Assembly: GCF_009914755.1 (NCBI RefSeq)
Contig: NC_060937.1
Length of the DNA stretch: 64,000 nt
Reading direction: 5' to 3' (one strand)
Source: the human T2T-CHM13v2.0 reference genome, Homo sapiens
In this document: positions 63,001 through 64,000 of the stretch, one piece after another
How the letters are laid out: the number at the start of each line of letters is the position of its first letter
Position numbering within the stretch: the first letter of the stretch is position 1
Made by a program: the position numbers and the translations under genes
The notes under the pieces: generated by a model
Databases searched by the model: none
Told to the model about the DNA's origin: nothing
The model's input: the letters and a program-made list of their open reading frames with translations, nothing else

Positions 63001-64000
63001 ACATAATATATGAAAGTACCCAAACATTTATAATAAACTGTACATAAAATATCAATGTACTCAAACTATATATTATGTGCGGTACATAAGATATCAAAGT
63101 ACCCATACTATATAGTATATACTGTACTTAAAATATCAAAATACCCAAAATATATATTATATACGTTACATAAACTATCAAATACACAAAGTATGTATTA
63201 TATACTGTACATAAAATAGCAAAGTTCCCAAAATATGTATTACATACTATACATAAAATATGAAAGCACCCAACCATTTATAATAAACTCTACATAAAAT
63301 ACCAAAGTACCCAAACTGTGTATTATATACTGTCCATAAAATATCAAAGTACCCAAAATATATATTGTAAACTCTACATAAAATATCAAAGTAGCCAAAA
63401 TACATATTGTATACTGTACATAAAATATAAAAGTACCCCAAATATATATTATATACTGTACATAAAATATCAAAGTACCCATAATACATATTATATACTG
63501 TACATAAAATATCAAAGGACCCAAAATAAACATTATATACTGTACATAAAATATCCAAATACTCAAAATATATATTACATACTGTACATAAAATATCAAA
63601 GTACCCAAATTATGTATTATATACTGTACGTAAAATATCAGAGTACCCAAAATATGCGTTATATACTGTACATAAAATATGAAAGTAACAAAACATTTAT
63701 AATAAACTGTACATAAAATATCAAAGTACTCAAACTATATATCATATACTGTACATAAAATATCAAAGTACCCAAACTGTGTATTACTACATACTGTATA
63801 TAAAATATCAAAGTACCTGAAATATATATTTTATACTGTACATAAAATATCAAAGTACCCAAAATATATACTATATACTGTACATAAAATATGAAGGTAC
63901 ATCAAATATATATTATATCCTGTACATAAAATATCAAAGTACTCCTATTATATATTGTGTACTGTACATAATATATTAAATCGCCCAAATATATATTGTA
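57052..64000 (+). repeat. Run of near-canonical ~3,013-bp HOR units
   Basis: Marker at 57052, 60062 and 63075 (spacing 3010, 3013). Confidence 0.88.

Larger units (their letters stand above)
1..64000 (+). repeat. Classical satellite I / HSat1A (SAR) 42-bp tandem array, about 1,530 monomers, A-rich strand on +
   Basis: Continuous 42-bp periodicity of TGTACATAAAATATCAAAGTACCCAAAATATATATTATATAC from end to end. GT^AC cuts give ACATAAAATATCAAAGT (17 bp) plus ACCCAAAATATATATTATATACTGT (25 bp), matching the known A/B subunits of human satellite I. No interruption or inversion seen. Confidence 0.96.

Noticed and set aside
35-63862. Hundreds of 60-240 aa ORFs with 14-aa repeats (YILYIKYQSTQNIY, ILGTLIFYVQYIIY, FGYFDILCTVYNIY), some hydrophobic and membrane-like
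   Set aside because: The 42-bp monomer is 14 codons and is stop-free in several frames. The ORFs overlap on both strands, are broken by 41-bp monomers, recur with the HOR period and resemble no protein family I recognise.
1-64000. CRISPR-like alternation of conserved CTGTACATAAAATAT with variable intervening sequence
   Set aside because: The apparent spacers are all homologous variants of one sequence. There is no leader, no cas genes and no unique spacers.
1-64000. Abundant TATAAA/TATAAT and AATAAA motifs (TATA box, -10 box or polyA signal look-alikes)
   Set aside because: Expected from the AT-rich monomer, with no associated gene or transcript evidence in the sequence. Satellite transcription cannot be judged from sequence alone.
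1-64000. Alpha satellite/CENP-B boxes, HSat2/3, HSat1B (Alu-containing), TE insertions, inversions
   Set aside because: No 171-bp period, CATTC repeats, Alu/L1 sequence or strand switch seen.
1-64000. Assignment to a specific chromosome or species
   Set aside because: HSat1A occurs on several human chromosomes and related arrays may exist in apes. A ~3-kb period suggests an acrocentric-type array as far as I recall, but this needs alignment to T2T references.
1-64000. Short palindromes (TGTACA, GTATAC, TATATA) as hairpins or terminators
   Set aside because: Only short dyads intrinsic to the monomer; no extended inverted repeats seen.

Overview
The whole 64 kb is one uninterrupted, single-orientation, very AT-rich tandem satellite. 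The monomer is 42 bp (consensus TGTACATAAAATATCAAAGTACCCAAAATATATATTATATAC), and its two GTAC (RsaI) sites give alternating 17- and 25-bp subunits. That is the signature of classical human/primate satellite I (HSat1A, RepeatMasker SAR), found in pericentromeric and acrocentric short-arm heterochromatin. I see no genes, RNA genes, transposons, CRISPR arrays or unique sequence; all ORFs in the track are artefacts of a repeat whose length is a multiple of 3. I found no novel gene-encoded system. The information is in the nested repeat architecture: 17/25-bp subunits, 42-bp monomer, relic ~14-monomer sub-blocks, a 3,013-bp (72-monomer) higher-order repeat (HOR), and a ~19.3-kb super-unit of structurally variant HORs, including a near-identical 18,254-bp tandem duplication. 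Monomer-register deletions, insertions and conversion-like patches can be mapped to base level. All coordinates were tracked by eye from diagnostic variants and the ORF track and should be confirmed by alignment.
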